DNA from: Shigella phage ChubbyThor
Length of the DNA: 64,000 nt
Sequence record: OL615013
Reading direction: 5' to 3' (one strand)
Part shown: positions 18,106 to 28,304 of the stretch, in pieces
Layout: every line of letters starts with the position of its first letter
Numbering within the stretch: position 1 is the stretch's first letter
Made by a program: the position numbers and the translations under genes
The notes under the pieces: generated by a model
What the model saw: the letters and a program-made list of their open reading frames with translations, nothing else
Database searches by the model: none
Told to the model about the DNA's origin: nothing

Positions 18106-18513
18106 ATGCGTTATGTAGATCGTATGCTCGGCAAAGACGAGCACGTTATTGCCTTCACTCGCCCGACCTGGTGGAGCGGCTTCTGGATGTATGTGTTGGT
18201 TGTGCTTCTGTTTGTGCCAACCTTCGGCGTCAGTCTGTTGTTCCTGATCCCGACTGTACTGAACGTCCTGACCACTGAATTCGCTGTGACCAACAAGCGT
18301 GTCATCGTCAAACGTGGTTTCATCCGTCGTGATGCTGATGAGTTGCGCATCGGCAAGGTGGAAACAGTGAAGGTCGACCAGTCTATCACAGGCCGCATCC
18401 TGGGCTTCTCTACCATCAGTGTCATCGGTACGGGCGGCACTCGCCTGCTGGCCACGGGTTGTGCTGGCGGCAATGCGTTCCGTCAGAAGATCTACGACCA
18501 GCTGGACGATTGA
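18106..18513 (+). CDS. Membrane protein with bacterial PH-like domain
   Basis: AAGGAA SD; two N-terminal TM helices then a soluble domain, resembling the DUF304/bPH_2 architecture. Confidence 0.45.
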   Translation: MRYVDRMLGKDEHVIAFTRPTWWSGFWMYVLVVLLFVPTFGVSLLFLIPTVLNVLTTEFAVTNKRVIVKRGFIRRDADELRIGKVETVKVDQSITGRILGFSTISVIGTGGTRLLATGCAGGNAFRQKIYDQLDD

Positions 18514-18515
18514 TT

Positions 18516-18728
18516 GTGATCACTTCAGGCTACACCATCGACCTGTATTGTGAATGCTCCGACTGCAAATCATGTAGTTGGGCTTGGGAAGAACACCACC
18601 CCAAATGCGGATTCAAGCAATACTCTGGTGAGACTTGGGGTGAGTGTGTCAAACAGGCGCGAGCAGACGGCTGGCAAATCGGGCGTGACAGATATACCTG
18701 CTACGCCCCTGGCCACAAAAGAAGTTAA
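18516..18728 (+). CDS. Small Cys-rich hypothetical protein (start uncertain, possible GTG)
   Basis: CECSDCKSC...HHPKC...C cysteine pattern; no ATG start free of overlap. Confidence 0.3.
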   Translation: MITSGYTIDLYCECSDCKSCSWAWEEHHPKCGFKQYSGETWGECVKQARADGWQIGRDRYTCYAPGHKRS

Positions 18729-19339
18729 GGCAATAGAAGTCCATCATCCCGCTCCGTTGGGGCGGGTTTAATCTCCTTCCGCATCTGTTCCTTCAGCACC
18801 CTGACGCGTTCGGCATGTCGGCGGTCTTGCATCTCCATATCCCGTTTCTTCTTCGACTTCAGCTCAAACTGTTTGCGGACATCCGGATCTTCACCTGGAA
18901 CAAGATGCTCTTCAGTCCAGATAATGAACTTCCAGTTCTTCTTGGCACACAGTTCACGGGTAGCCTCCCACTTGGCAGAGTTGACCAACCAGGTTCGCAT
19001 CGCATTGTTGAATGTCGACTCCTTCATGTTCGGAGTCTTCTTCGGCTGCTTGATCTGGTCTTTGGGCTTGATCTCAATGAGGGTGACCTGCAGTTCCTCT
19101 TGCCCTTCACGGCGCGTCCAGACCTTGAGGTCCATGAAGTAACGATGGGTGCGCCCGTCGACTGGGGAAATGTAAGGGATTACAGTCTCCTCGCTCGACC
19201 ACTTCACTATCGCGGAGTTCATATCACAGAACTTGAAAGCCACCAACTCCAGCGAAGAGCGGAAGATGATGTTGTTCACATTCCCCTGATACTTCTTGGG
19301 ATTAACCGGGGTGTATTTCCCCTGAAGATAGTTGCTCAT
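18725..19339 (-). CDS. Head completion protein (T4 gp4-like)
   Basis: YTPVNPKKYQGN...FRSSLELVAFKFCD...VKWSSEE..IPY block resembles recalled gp4-family head completion proteins of T4-like phages; AGGA SD. Confidence 0.5.
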   Translation of the reverse strand: MSNYLQGKYTPVNPKKYQGNVNNIIFRSSLELVAFKFCDMNSAIVKWSSEETVIPYISPVDGRTHRYFMDLKVWTRREGQEELQVTLIEIKPKDQIKQPKKTPNMKESTFNNAMRTWLVNSAKWEATRELCAKKNWKFIIWTEEHLVPGEDPDVRKQFELKSKKKRDMEMQDRRHAERVRVLKEQMRKEIKPAPTERDDGLLLP

Positions 19340-19389
19340 AATTTAGTCCTAAATAGCCATAACACTCTATCTATTTAAGGGCTGAGACC

Positions 19390-20358
19390 ATGTCCGACTT
19401 CAAAAAGACAATCGATAAGATCAAAGTTCTGAACACGAAGGGATTGTCCCAGGCTCAGAAGCAATTGACTTATCCCCTGGACGTCACTGGGGGTAAGACC
19501 CTGGGCCACTATGTCCTATTCAACATCAACCGCATCTCCGGTTCATCTTACGGTGACACGGCTACCCAGACTGTCGAGAACCCAATACAGAACCCTCTGG
19601 GGAATACTCCTGTGGTCTATGGGTCCAAGTCTGGTTCCATCACCAAATATGCATGGGCGCGTCACGTTCGCTCGAACGAATCCATCGTCCTGTGTATGCC
19701 AGAGTCCATTACAACCAACTATGGCGTTGGCTGGAATGGCAGTGAGCTGGGGCTGGCTGGAATGGGGGCACAGTTCCTTTCCCGCGCCGCCCAAGACATG
19801 ACTCAGTTTAAACTGGGTGATGCATTGAACGTCGGGAAGGAGATGGGGCGATTCGCTGCCACCAAGGCCATTCAGTCGGCCTCTGAGTCTATTCCGTTCC
19901 TACCGACCATTAACGCCCATGACACCCTTGAGTTGTTCACAGGCACCATGACCAACCCGTATGTGGAGATGATCTTCCAGGGCGTCCGCAACCGTGAGAT
20001 TCCATTTACATTCAAATTCACGCCGCGATCTCAGAAGGAAGCCAAGATGGTCCGTGAGATCATCCGTCTGTTCAAGATGCACATGTACCCTGAGTACAAG
20101 TACAACAAGAACTCCAGTGCCTTCTATCTGCATCCATCGACCTTTGATATCACGTTCATGGTCAATGGTGAGCGTAACCAATGGCTCCACCGCATCTCCA
20201 CCTGCGTGCTGTCCAACATGTTCGTCAACGAGACGCCGGACAGTTCATACGCGGTTCACAAAGATGATGGTATCGTGTCCACGCAGGTTGACATGACCTT
20301 CATCGAACTGGAGCCTCTGCATAAAGGGCGCTTTGAAACCGAAGGCGATAGCTTCTAA
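19390..20358 (+). CDS. Putative tail/baseplate structural protein (tail-tube-related gp48/gp54-like)
   Basis: Heads a co-directional structural block ending in the tape measure; sequence pattern partly shared with ORF 39987-40931. Assignment by position only. Confidence 0.35.
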   Translation: MSDFKKTIDKIKVLNTKGLSQAQKQLTYPLDVTGGKTLGHYVLFNINRISGSSYGDTATQTVENPIQNPLGNTPVVYGSKSGSITKYAWARHVRSNESIVLCMPESITTNYGVGWNGSELGLAGMGAQFLSRAAQDMTQFKLGDALNVGKEMGRFAATKAIQSASESIPFLPTINAHDTLELFTGTMTNPYVEMIFQGVRNREIPFTFKFTPRSQKEAKMVREIIRLFKMHMYPEYKYNKNSSAFYLHPSTFDITFMVNGERNQWLHRISTCVLSNMFVNETPDSSYAVHKDDGIVSTQVDMTFIELEPLHKGRFETEGDSF

Positions 20359-20369
20359 GAGAGGATGCC

Positions 20370-20924
20370 ATGAAATATTTTGAGAAGTTTCCCCTTGTTT
20401 GGCATCAATTGCAAGATGTCCAAGAGAATGACCAGGTGCTGTTACAGAACTTAACGCGCCGGGTAATGATCTTACAGAAAATTAAGGACATCGAAGGGCT
20501 TCTCCTGCCGTATACGATCCAAGAGGGGGAAACCCCAAGGTCTTTCGCAGAACGCGTTTACGGATCCTTCGAGTTGTTTTGGATACCTTGTCTGATAAAC
20601 GGCATCATGGACATCAATAAGGACTGGCCGAAACCGGAACGTCGTATTGTTGAAGAACTGACTGCAGACTATGGCATCGATGGTATGTGGGATACAGCCT
20701 ATTATGTCGACCAGTTCAACAATGTGACCGACGCCCGTGCGATCAAATTTGCGTATAACCTGGACCTGGATGAGCCGTCCATAATTGCTAACTATGGTCT
20801 GACGGCAGTTTCATATCATGATGATGCAATCAGTAAGAACGAAGCCAAACGGAACATCCAAGTACTCGACCCAGATTATGTGTCTTCGTTTGTCAATCAG
20901 CTGGAGCAGGAGTTGGCGAAATGA
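20370..20924 (+). CDS. Putative baseplate/tail assembly protein
   Basis: ORF in structural block, ATGA-coupled to next gene. Confidence 0.35.
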   Translation: MKYFEKFPLVWHQLQDVQENDQVLLQNLTRRVMILQKIKDIEGLLLPYTIQEGETPRSFAERVYGSFELFWIPCLINGIMDINKDWPKPERRIVEELTADYGIDGMWDTAYYVDQFNNVTDARAIKFAYNLDLDEPSIIANYGLTAVSYHDDAISKNEAKRNIQVLDPDYVSSFVNQLEQELAK

Positions 20925-22309
20925 TCGAAAACAGAGAGACCCAAGACGGTATTGTAACACCGTCAACAACATTTGACCTGAAGTATATGGCGATCCTCCC
21001 TCATACACCCCAGGGCGGAACACCAACGCCATACGACCTGACGGCGTTGTTTGAGGAGTTCAACGTCTTCCAGGATCTGGGTCTTGAAGGGAAGTCATCT
21101 CCATCGCTTACAGCCAATGTCTTGATAAAAGAGGGGTGGGACATTCTGGACACAATGCCTATCTTGGGTGGTGAAGAAGTTGTGGTGTCATTCAAGAGTC
21201 CGGCGGCCTCGGATTACACCACTCTCTCCCTGCGCGTGGCGCGGGTAGGGCGCGTGGCTGATGAGTCCAACAGCTCGTCCAAGAAAGCATTCTGGTTGCA
21301 CATGGTGACTACCGATGCCTACAAGGACAGCATGATCCGCTGCTCCCTCGGTCTTGACGGTTCGTACTCTGACATGGCAAAGGTAATCTTCAACCAGCTG
21401 GAGTCGCGCACCAAGTTCGAAGACATCGACCCGTCATATGGCATTCAAGAGCGATTCGCCACCCCGCTCTGGCCTGTGCTGCGATCTATTGATTATATGG
21501 CGAGCCGTTCTTATGACGAATTGTTCATGCCATTCGTCTTCTATGAAGACTTCAATGGCTATCACTTCAAGAGCCTGACGACGTTGTTCAACCAGGGCAG
21601 CCAGTCATTGACGGCAGAAGAGAAGCAGGAACTGGCTCAGCAGAACAAGTTATTCCGTGATCCTCAGGACGCGCCGCTCATGCAGGATAACAACTTCAAC
21701 TCTGAGCGTTTCATGCGCACTATCATTAAGGCAGAGAAGAAGCTGGCGCGTGACCAGTTCATGGCAAACTACCGTGATGTCCTGGCGGTGAATGAGCGTG
21801 TATACGACTTTGAGACCAAGACAGTCACCCCTACACAGCGCATCTACACTGAGTGGTTTGCAGAGACGGCTCACCTTGACCCATTCCCGATGTTCTCAGA
21901 TGAATTCGATCGTCAGAACGTCCGTTATATTGAAGCCCAACCGGATGGAGCGGAGCAGATTGATTATGCTCGTCGTGTTATCAACTTCAGTCTTGCCAGT
22001 ACTGTGATGCGCGTGTTGCTCGTTGGTGATAACCGCCTGAACGTCGGCCAGGTGTTCTACATCGAAGACCAGTCCAACCGTCCTAAGAAGAACGAAAACC
22101 TGGCAGAGTTAAGTAAGCTATCGACAGGCCACTATATCGTGACCAAAGTACGTCACAAGATTTCCCGCCTGACCAAAGATTATCAGTGCATCGCTGAGAT
22201 TGCCAAGGACAGTTTGCTGGAGCAGGTGCTTCCACCTCAGACCAATCAGACAACTGCTTCCACCACTACTCCTCAGGCGATTGAGAAAGGCCAAGCACAG
22301 AAGGTTTAA
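20921..22309 (+). CDS. Putative baseplate hub protein (gp27-like by position)
   Basis: Large ORF immediately upstream of the tape measure gene. Confidence 0.35.
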   Translation: MIENRETQDGIVTPSTTFDLKYMAILPHTPQGGTPTPYDLTALFEEFNVFQDLGLEGKSSPSLTANVLIKEGWDILDTMPILGGEEVVVSFKSPAASDYTTLSLRVARVGRVADESNSSSKKAFWLHMVTTDAYKDSMIRCSLGLDGSYSDMAKVIFNQLESRTKFEDIDPSYGIQERFATPLWPVLRSIDYMASRSYDELFMPFVFYEDFNGYHFKSLTTLFNQGSQSLTAEEKQELAQQNKLFRDPQDAPLMQDNNFNSERFMRTIIKAEKKLARDQFMANYRDVLAVNERVYDFETKTVTPTQRIYTEWFAETAHLDPFPMFSDEFDRQNVRYIEAQPDGAEQIDYARRVINFSLASTVMRVLLVGDNRLNVGQVFYIEDQSNRPKKNENLAELSKLSTGHYIVTKVRHKISRLTKDYQCIAEIAKDSLLEQVLPPQTNQTTASTTTPQAIEKGQAQKV

Positions 22310-22320
22310 CGAGGTGACCC

Positions 22321-24267
22321 ATGGCACAGGAAGCAACGAACAATGATGTTGTCAAAGTTCTAGACAAGATCAAGGCGGAGATGATGCAGCGCAAACAACT
22401 CCGCGCTCAGAATGAAACCAACAAACAGCTTGACCGGATGAACAAGAATCTGGCCAAGCTGGAATCTGCTGCTAAACAGGACACCAAGGCCGAGTCCAAG
22501 CCATTTGAAATCCGCATCCCGACGGTCAATGAGATCGTCATGGGATTCGCTCGCATGTCTCCGATCTTCACCCGCGATTTCGGCGTATGGATGAAGGATA
22601 CCGTCGATGTGGGCAACGAAGGCAATCGGGAACTGGAGAACATCGCAGGCAAAATTGACCGCCTCGGCGAGATCACCCGCATGCCAACAGATGACACGTC
22701 CCTGGAGTATCTGAACCTCATCTCAGATCAGTTGAAGTCGGCCAATGATGACAGCCTCAAGCGCATGGACGAGCAGAGTGTGTCTCTGGTTCGTGTAGGA
22801 TCATTCCTGAACATGATCGACGGAGTGATGATCGAGGTTCGTGATGATGTTGCTGAACTGAAAAAGAACTCCGATGACAGCCTTACTCGCTTGTCTAGCA
22901 TTGAAGACAAGATTGGGCGCACGGGTGGTCATATCGTTGGAGCGCTGACACGCATCTTTGATGAAGACCAGAAGTGGCGTGAGAAGGACGAGATGCGCCG
23001 TGGGGAAACCGACAAAGAAACGGGTGGTCATCCTCAGGCGAGTTCTGTTATACCCAAAGACGATGACCAGAAAGACGATTCCTCCGGTATCGGGGCGGCG
23101 GTGGCGGCCATGCTTGGCCTGAATGCACTGAAGGGATTCCTGCTCAAGCCATTCAAGATCATCGGTGGCGTTGTCGGGGCTTTCCTCGGTATGTTCTCCA
23201 AGCTGGGAGAAGGTATCACCAAACTTCTGGGTCCATTTGGGAAGGTGTTCAAGTTCCTGAAAGTCGGTCCACTGGCTCTTCTGTCTATGATCTGGGACTT
23301 CGGTAAAGGCTTCATTGATGCGAAGGAGATCCTGGGTAAAGGTGCTGTCACGATAGTTGACCGAGTACGGGCGGGCATATCCGAGTTGGTCGGCGGCTTT
23401 GGTGATCTATTTGACTGGGTGTCCAAGATCTTTGGCTTCGATACAGAGGCGGGAGAAACCCTGCGCAAATATACCCTCATGCTCACTGAGGCTCCCGCTC
23501 GCTGGCTGAATGGTATTGTAGACTGGATTAGTAACGACTTGTTTGCAGGGATCGGGAGAGGGACGTCTCTTACGGATATCCCTGGCAAGCTGGCAGACAA
23601 CCTTCAGTCGGAATTGATGAAGCTGGTCGACTGGATCACAGGTGGCATCAGTGGTGTTATCGACGAGGGCATGGGTGTCGCCAACAAGGTCATTGACGAT
23701 ATCAAGAAGGGTTTTGCCGAAAACGTGAAGAAGCCTTTCTTCAACATGCTGAACGCTATCACCAACGCGATGTTCGATATCGTTGACAAATTCGTCAGCA
23801 TCATCCCAGACGCTCTGGGTGGACAGGCTGCGAAGCAGAAGATGGATGAGGCTCGCCAGTCTATGCTGATTGGCACTGATGAGAATCCGTCTCCTAATAC
23901 GACAGCGGCCTCGCAGCCACAGACGCCACCACAACCGAACATTGATCCACAAACGCTGACTCCGATACCTTCTGGTGTGTCTTCAGATTACAAGAATGTG
24001 ACTGATGACCGCACCTCTCAGCTGAAAGATGCGTATGGTTCTATTGGGGGTGGTACTCTGGGTGGGGCTATGCCATCACAAGGGAGGGCGCTGTCTAATA
24101 TTGAACAAGTGCAAGGCGGCTATTCACCGCCTCCAGCCAGCGTCGTAATGCCAGTGCAGCAGAATGTGGATGCTTCTAAGAAGATCAACACGACCAATAA
24201 CTTCAACAGCTCATCCCTTGAGCCTGAGAACAAAACAGATAATTCCCGCATCCTGTGGGAATGGTAA
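22321..24267 (+). CDS. Tail tape measure / tail length determinator (T4 gp29-like)
   Basis: N-terminal coiled-coil-like region, central Gly-rich hydrophobic repeats (GIGAAVAAMLGLNALKGF...GGVVGAFLGMF), size 648 aa. Confidence 0.6.
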   Translation: MAQEATNNDVVKVLDKIKAEMMQRKQLRAQNETNKQLDRMNKNLAKLESAAKQDTKAESKPFEIRIPTVNEIVMGFARMSPIFTRDFGVWMKDTVDVGNEGNRELENIAGKIDRLGEITRMPTDDTSLEYLNLISDQLKSANDDSLKRMDEQSVSLVRVGSFLNMIDGVMIEVRDDVAELKKNSDDSLTRLSSIEDKIGRTGGHIVGALTRIFDEDQKWREKDEMRRGETDKETGGHPQASSVIPKDDDQKDDSSGIGAAVAAMLGLNALKGFLLKPFKIIGGVVGAFLGMFSKLGEGITKLLGPFGKVFKFLKVGPLALLSMIWDFGKGFIDAKEILGKGAVTIVDRVRAGISELVGGFGDLFDWVSKIFGFDTEAGETLRKYTLMLTEAPARWLNGIVDWISNDLFAGIGRGTSLTDIPGKLADNLQSELMKLVDWITGGISGVIDEGMGVANKVIDDIKKGFAENVKKPFFNMLNAITNAMFDIVDKFVSIIPDALGGQAAKQKMDEARQSMLIGTDENPSPNTTAASQPQTPPQPNIDPQTLTPIPSGVSSDYKNVTDDRTSQLKDAYGSIGGGTLGGAMPSQGRALSNIEQVQGGYSPPPASVVMPVQQNVDASKKINTTNNFNSSSLEPENKTDNSRILWEW

Positions 24268-24933
24268 TCAGATTCCGTGGGCTTGTATTAGCTCACGGAG
24301 TCTCTGTTTTGAATATGTTGTATCCTCATCCGGCACCACAGCATTCGTCTTCCTGAGCAGGAAAGCCTCAGAGTTCCAGTAGATGTCCTCCCGCAGCTGG
24401 GTGTCATACAGGTGGATGAACCCCACTATCTTGTTCAGACCAACCAGGAACCACATCGGGAACCGCTTGGTGATGATGTCTGTCAGCAGCGCCGGGTGCC
24501 CCTGGCCTGTACCCTTCACATAATCAATGAACGATAGGTTGCGCTCTTTGATGGCCGGGATCATCTCCCTCTCGAACTCCTCAAGGAAGTTGTATGTGAA
24601 GTTGTCGTACAGCTTGCGATATTCATCATAATTCGATTGCGCCTGGCGGGTAAGCAATGTTGTCACCCAGGTCTTCGGTGATTTGATGAAGTTGGCGATG
24701 ATGTAGTTCTCTACCACTTCACCCTGGGATGTTTCGAACCGACGAGCCAGGCGAGCAAACTGTTTGCACACGGCTTCCTTCGCCAAGAAGGTTTCGAACT
24801 TGTAGTTCATCGGTCCATACAAACTGTAGTCGAAGTCCTTGGTGGTGAAGTGCAACTTAATCGCCATGAAGACACAATACACGTTGAACGCCCGTTCAAA
24901 CTGCATTTTTTCCCAATCGGTATACTCACGCAT
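24268..24933 (-). CDS. Putative helicase loader (T4 gp59-like)
   Basis: FNVYCVFMAIKLHFTTKDFDY resembles recalled T4 gp59 YKLYLMIKQHMNGKYDV; AGGAAA SD. Weak. Confidence 0.35.
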   Translation of the reverse strand: MREYTDWEKMQFERAFNVYCVFMAIKLHFTTKDFDYSLYGPMNYKFETFLAKEAVCKQFARLARRFETSQGEVVENYIIANFIKSPKTWVTTLLTRQAQSNYDEYRKLYDNFTYNFLEEFEREMIPAIKERNLSFIDYVKGTGQGHPALLTDIITKRFPMWFLVGLNKIVGFIHLYDTQLREDIYWNSEAFLLRKTNAVVPDEDTTYSKQRLRELIQAHGI

Positions 24934-25621
24934 TTTTCATTTCCTCGAAAAACTTAACCCAATTCTCATCATTGTACGGCACCCATCCTTTTTGAAATCT
25001 TTGTATGCAACTTTTGGCGGTCATTTCGGCGCGATCTACCCCCAATTCCTTGGCCATCGTTACATTTCGACATATGCCCAACCTGGCACCATCGGCTACC
25101 CACCAATCATAGAATACTCCTGCCAAAGCCCAATATTTGCGGGTATGCTTCGCATTTGGACTCTCCCAAGGCTTTGAATGGATTTGTTTTAATTTGGAAC
25201 GTTGTGAATCTGATTTGGGTCTGTCCATCAGCGAATCGGAAATTTTCGATCTGTGTTCGCGGGATAACGCCACCCCCTTGAATCTTTCACTGCATTTTCG
25301 TTTAAACTCTGGAGTGCTGTTGGCTGCCTTCATCCTTTCCCATTTTCTGAGAGCAAACTCTTCATATTGGCGTGAAGTTTGTGATTTTGATCTATTTCTC
25401 ATCAAAGAAAAGATTTTCACGTATGCAGGGGACATACTGAATATCTTGGCCAAAAGTTTGTGAACTATGAAATGCTCCCGAGCAGTTAGAACAGCAATAT
25501 TCTCCGCAGTATCACTCCCTCCCAAGCTCCTGGGTTCTCTATGGTGTCTTTCTGAATACCCAATCAGATTGCGAGAATAAGACCTTTCAAGGATAGAAAA
25601 CAACGCTCGGGTGTAGTTCAT
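24926..25621 (-). CDS. HNH homing endonuclease paralog (degenerate HNH motif)
   Basis: ERHHREPRSLGGSDTAENIAVLTAREHFIVHKLL; C-terminal FQKGWVPYNDENWVKF module shared with the other two HNH genes. Confidence 0.6.
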   Translation of the reverse strand: MNYTRALFSILERSYSRNLIGYSERHHREPRSLGGSDTAENIAVLTAREHFIVHKLLAKIFSMSPAYVKIFSLMRNRSKSQTSRQYEEFALRKWERMKAANSTPEFKRKCSERFKGVALSREHRSKISDSLMDRPKSDSQRSKLKQIHSKPWESPNAKHTRKYWALAGVFYDWWVADGARLGICRNVTMAKELGVDRAEMTAKSCIQRFQKGWVPYNDENWVKFFEEMKNA

Positions 25622-25956
25622 TTGCGCTTCCTCTTATTTCGCCCAGCTTCTACATCATTTAGTTTCAGCCAGTTGGTCTCCTTGACGTCAGAAGACCCCC
25701 AGCCCTGGGATTCATGGTGTTTGATGTATTTCATCAACTCTGGCATGAGGTCCAGTTCGTGAATAAACCGCAACACCAGCATGAACCGCTTGAAGGAAAC
25801 AGGAATCTGTCGATACCCCATAGTCCAATGGTTCACCACGTTAGAGCAAGACAGCACCCTTGTCAATGCGCTCTGGTTCATCCCCATCATCTTCAAGAAT
25901 TTCAATAGGAACAGAGAGTCATTATTTTCCTTGACTTCTCGAAGTTTTGAAATCAT
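25618..25956 (-). CDS. Putative helix-turn-helix DNA-binding protein
   Basis: MNQSALTRVLSCSNVVNHWTMG HTH-like segment; ATGA-coupled to the HNH gene. Confidence 0.4.
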   Translation of the reverse strand: MISKLREVKENNDSLFLLKFLKMMGMNQSALTRVLSCSNVVNHWTMGYRQIPVSFKRFMLVLRFIHELDLMPELMKYIKHHESQGWGSSDVKETNWLKLNDVEAGRNKRKRK

Positions 25957-26179
25957 GATATTTGTCCGCTAATGTCTTGTAATGTTTGTCAGGATTATAC
26001 TCCTGTTTGGAATAGTGAAGAGTAAGGGAAGCGCTCAGACCGAGGATCATCACGGCGATGAGAACCCTGTGGTTCTTGATGTCGGGAATAGCTATCCACA
26101 CCAGCACCATTACAAGCGAGCTGACAACCAGGGACAGCAAGAACGTTAATGTAAACACCAATGCGAATAGCTCGTCCAT
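25922..26179 (-). CDS. Small membrane protein (2 TM helices)
   Basis: Two hydrophobic helices. Confidence 0.4.
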   Translation of the reverse strand: MDELFALVFTLTFLLSLVVSSLVMVLVWIAIPDIKNHRVLIAVMILGLSASLTLHYSKQEYNPDKHYKTLADKYHDFKTSRSQGK

Positions 26180-26180
26180 A

Positions 26181-26414
26181 TTACACCTCTTTGTGATTCT
26201 TCATCTTGCGAACAGTGCCCACAAATCCAAGATCCTTCCCACAGTGGGTGCAGATAGCATGGCAAGCACGGTTCTCGCGGTAGGTGCTGTGCTTACAGCG
26301 CCATTGCCTGAAAGCCGAACGGATAACCGGAATCATGCCGATACAGAAGAGGACCAGGAACACAATACCGGATATCTGAAGTTCAACCAAGAACTTCGCC
26401 CACCAGAAACTCAT
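26181..26414 (-). CDS. Small membrane protein with C-terminal Cys/His cluster
   Basis: Start moved to ATG 26414 (MSFWW...) just downstream of the ligase stop; ORF-track start would overlap ligase by 113 nt. Confidence 0.35.
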   Translation of the reverse strand: MSFWWAKFLVELQISGIVFLVLFCIGMIPVIRSAFRQWRCKHSTYRENRACHAICTHCGKDLGFVGTVRKMKNHKEV

Positions 26415-26418
26415 ATAC

Positions 26419-27849
26419 TCACCCATTATCCGACTCCAACAGGAACACGATGTTTTCGATGTATGCTTTTTGAATCGCATAGACTTCATCCAGCGTGTTG
26501 GCCACTTTCTTGTCAATACGGATTTCCGCAAGGCGTGGCAGGAACAATGACTTCAGCGCATCATCTGTCTTATCCTGTACGCCATTGGAGAGCACTGCGG
26601 CAATCTTGCCAATGTAGTCGCCCTGGTTCTCCCACATCCGGAGCCTCAGCTCATCTGAGATCCCTGAGACGCCAACAACAAGCAAGCCATCGGAAGTCTT
26701 ACACAGCAGGGAGCCAAAGGTCTTGGCGTGTTTGCCCTTCTTGTCGGCTTCGTTGAAACCAACAATTTCAAGGTCACACTCCACTTCCATCTTCAGCTTC
26801 AGACCTTCGGAAGAAGTCCCATCTTCCCACGGCATGTCGGCGGCCTTACAGATCGTGCCTTCTTCTTTACGAGCCAGCGCGTCTTTGAAGTGGTCGACAG
26901 CTTCGGCAAATGAGTGAACAACACGGGTTTCCTGAACCTGAACCAGCCCATCTTCTCCGTGGAACATTTGCATGATCATGTCGAAGCGGGTTTCATACGG
27001 TAGGTCTATGCGCTCGGCGTTGAACCATTTCTCATAAGGCACGACATCCCACACCCGATAGATCACCTGATAACGATCTTCCAGGGGTTCGCCAGTCTGA
27101 ATCACACTGTTGAGTTTGCCGTTACCGACAGCGCGAGGTAGGATAGAATTCGACTTGAGGTCAACAACGAGTAGTTCGCCATGGAACACGCTCTCACCAA
27201 TCCCCGTATCATAGATAATGTCCTTGAACACCAGTGACAGATTGTCAACCGAACCGCCTGCGATAAGGGAACCGGAGCGAGAGCGTATCTCAGGCTCTTT
27301 GTTGTAACGACAGATGATGTTGGCGAACATACCGTCTGACTTCAGCTGGCTGTAGACGCCGCGCTTGAAGTCCATCTTCTTCAGCAGGTCAATCGTCATG
27401 TTGTCATAACGATGATATGGAAGGATGTTGATCAGGCGGCCTGTACCCCCAGCTGCGTTGAATGCAGCGTTGATGCCCTTTTCAGCAATACCCGCCTTGA
27501 TATCACGGTCCAGGATCATCTGGATGAGTTCGTGGTATTGGGGATCCATCTTCAGGGCAACAGAGGCCAACAGGGCATCAGCCTTTTGACCACCGACAAG
27601 GCGCTGCGCCATCTGGTCGAGGACGTCATAGACTTCGCTGATGTCATCAGTCTTCTCACGGACGAGCATGCGAGGATACGCGCTGAGCTTCAACTCAGTC
27701 CGATAGAACGACGTCATTGGGTCATAGACATACTGCAGGAAGTCTACCAAGTCTGGGTTGTTCTTGAATGCTTCGGTCAGCACAGCTTTCTTCGCATTGC
27801 TGCCTTTGGTTTCGCGAAGTCGGTGAACTGTTTCGAGGATAGGGATCAT
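26419..27849 (-). CDS. ATP-dependent DNA ligase (T4 gp30-like)
   Basis: N-terminus ILETVHRLRETKGSNAKKAVL parallels T4 ligase ILKILNEIASIGSTKQKQAIL; adenylation motif LKSDGMFANI (KxDG); GGAGA SD. Confidence 0.85.
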   Translation of the reverse strand: MIPILETVHRLRETKGSNAKKAVLTEAFKNNPDLVDFLQYVYDPMTSFYRTELKLSAYPRMLVREKTDDISEVYDVLDQMAQRLVGGQKADALLASVALKMDPQYHELIQMILDRDIKAGIAEKGINAAFNAAGGTGRLINILPYHRYDNMTIDLLKKMDFKRGVYSQLKSDGMFANIICRYNKEPEIRSRSGSLIAGGSVDNLSLVFKDIIYDTGIGESVFHGELLVVDLKSNSILPRAVGNGKLNSVIQTGEPLEDRYQVIYRVWDVVPYEKWFNAERIDLPYETRFDMIMQMFHGEDGLVQVQETRVVHSFAEAVDHFKDALARKEEGTICKAADMPWEDGTSSEGLKLKMEVECDLEIVGFNEADKKGKHAKTFGSLLCKTSDGLLVVGVSGISDELRLRMWENQGDYIGKIAAVLSNGVQDKTDDALKSLFLPRLAEIRIDKKVANTLDEVYAIQKAYIENIVFLLESDNG

Positions 27850-27962
27850 GTGGTGTCTCCAGGGTTATATGTGCTGCTATTATAACCCTGGCGACTTCAA
27901 TAGATTATTGGCGGGTGCGGGATCTTGCCTGGCTGACGATGAGGTCAGTATGTAGTCCTCAG

Positions 27963-28304
27963 TTATTTCTTCGGGGGTTTAATGGAGGTGAAAGAATCCT
28001 TCCAACTCTTGAATTGTTCAACCAGAGCATCTTTACCCAGCTCGCCATTTGACACGCTGTGAACGTAGGCGAATGCTCCATAGCCGGATCCTGGCATAGC
28101 CTTGCAGATGCGCAGACTGACCAAAGACTCGCCCACAGAAACAAGGTAATGGTCGCGGCGATTGTTCATGGCATAGTGGTTGTCGTGAAACTTGTCGATA
28201 ACAACACAGTTCTGAGGTTCGACGTCAATCGGTAGCCCGTTGGCTTCGGATCCACCGCGCCCAAGCACGCAGCCTGGGAATAATGTTTCTACGAGTGTGG
28301 TCAT
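27963..28304 (-). CDS. Hypothetical protein
   Basis: AGAAGGAA SD 6 nt upstream. Confidence 0.45.
   Translation of the reverse strand: MTTLVETLFPGCVLGRGGSEANGLPIDVEPQNCVVIDKFHDNHYAMNNRRDHYLVSVGESLVSLRICKAMPGSGYGAFAYVHSVSNGELGKDALVEQFKSWKDSFTSIKPPKK

Noticed and set aside
23034-23952. Two overlapping minus-strand ORFs (188 and 181 aa)
   Set aside because: Inside the tape measure gene; Arg/Ser-rich antisense composition.
26058-26756. 232-aa plus-strand ORF
   Set aside because: Spans three minus-strand genes including the ligase 3' end; no RBS.
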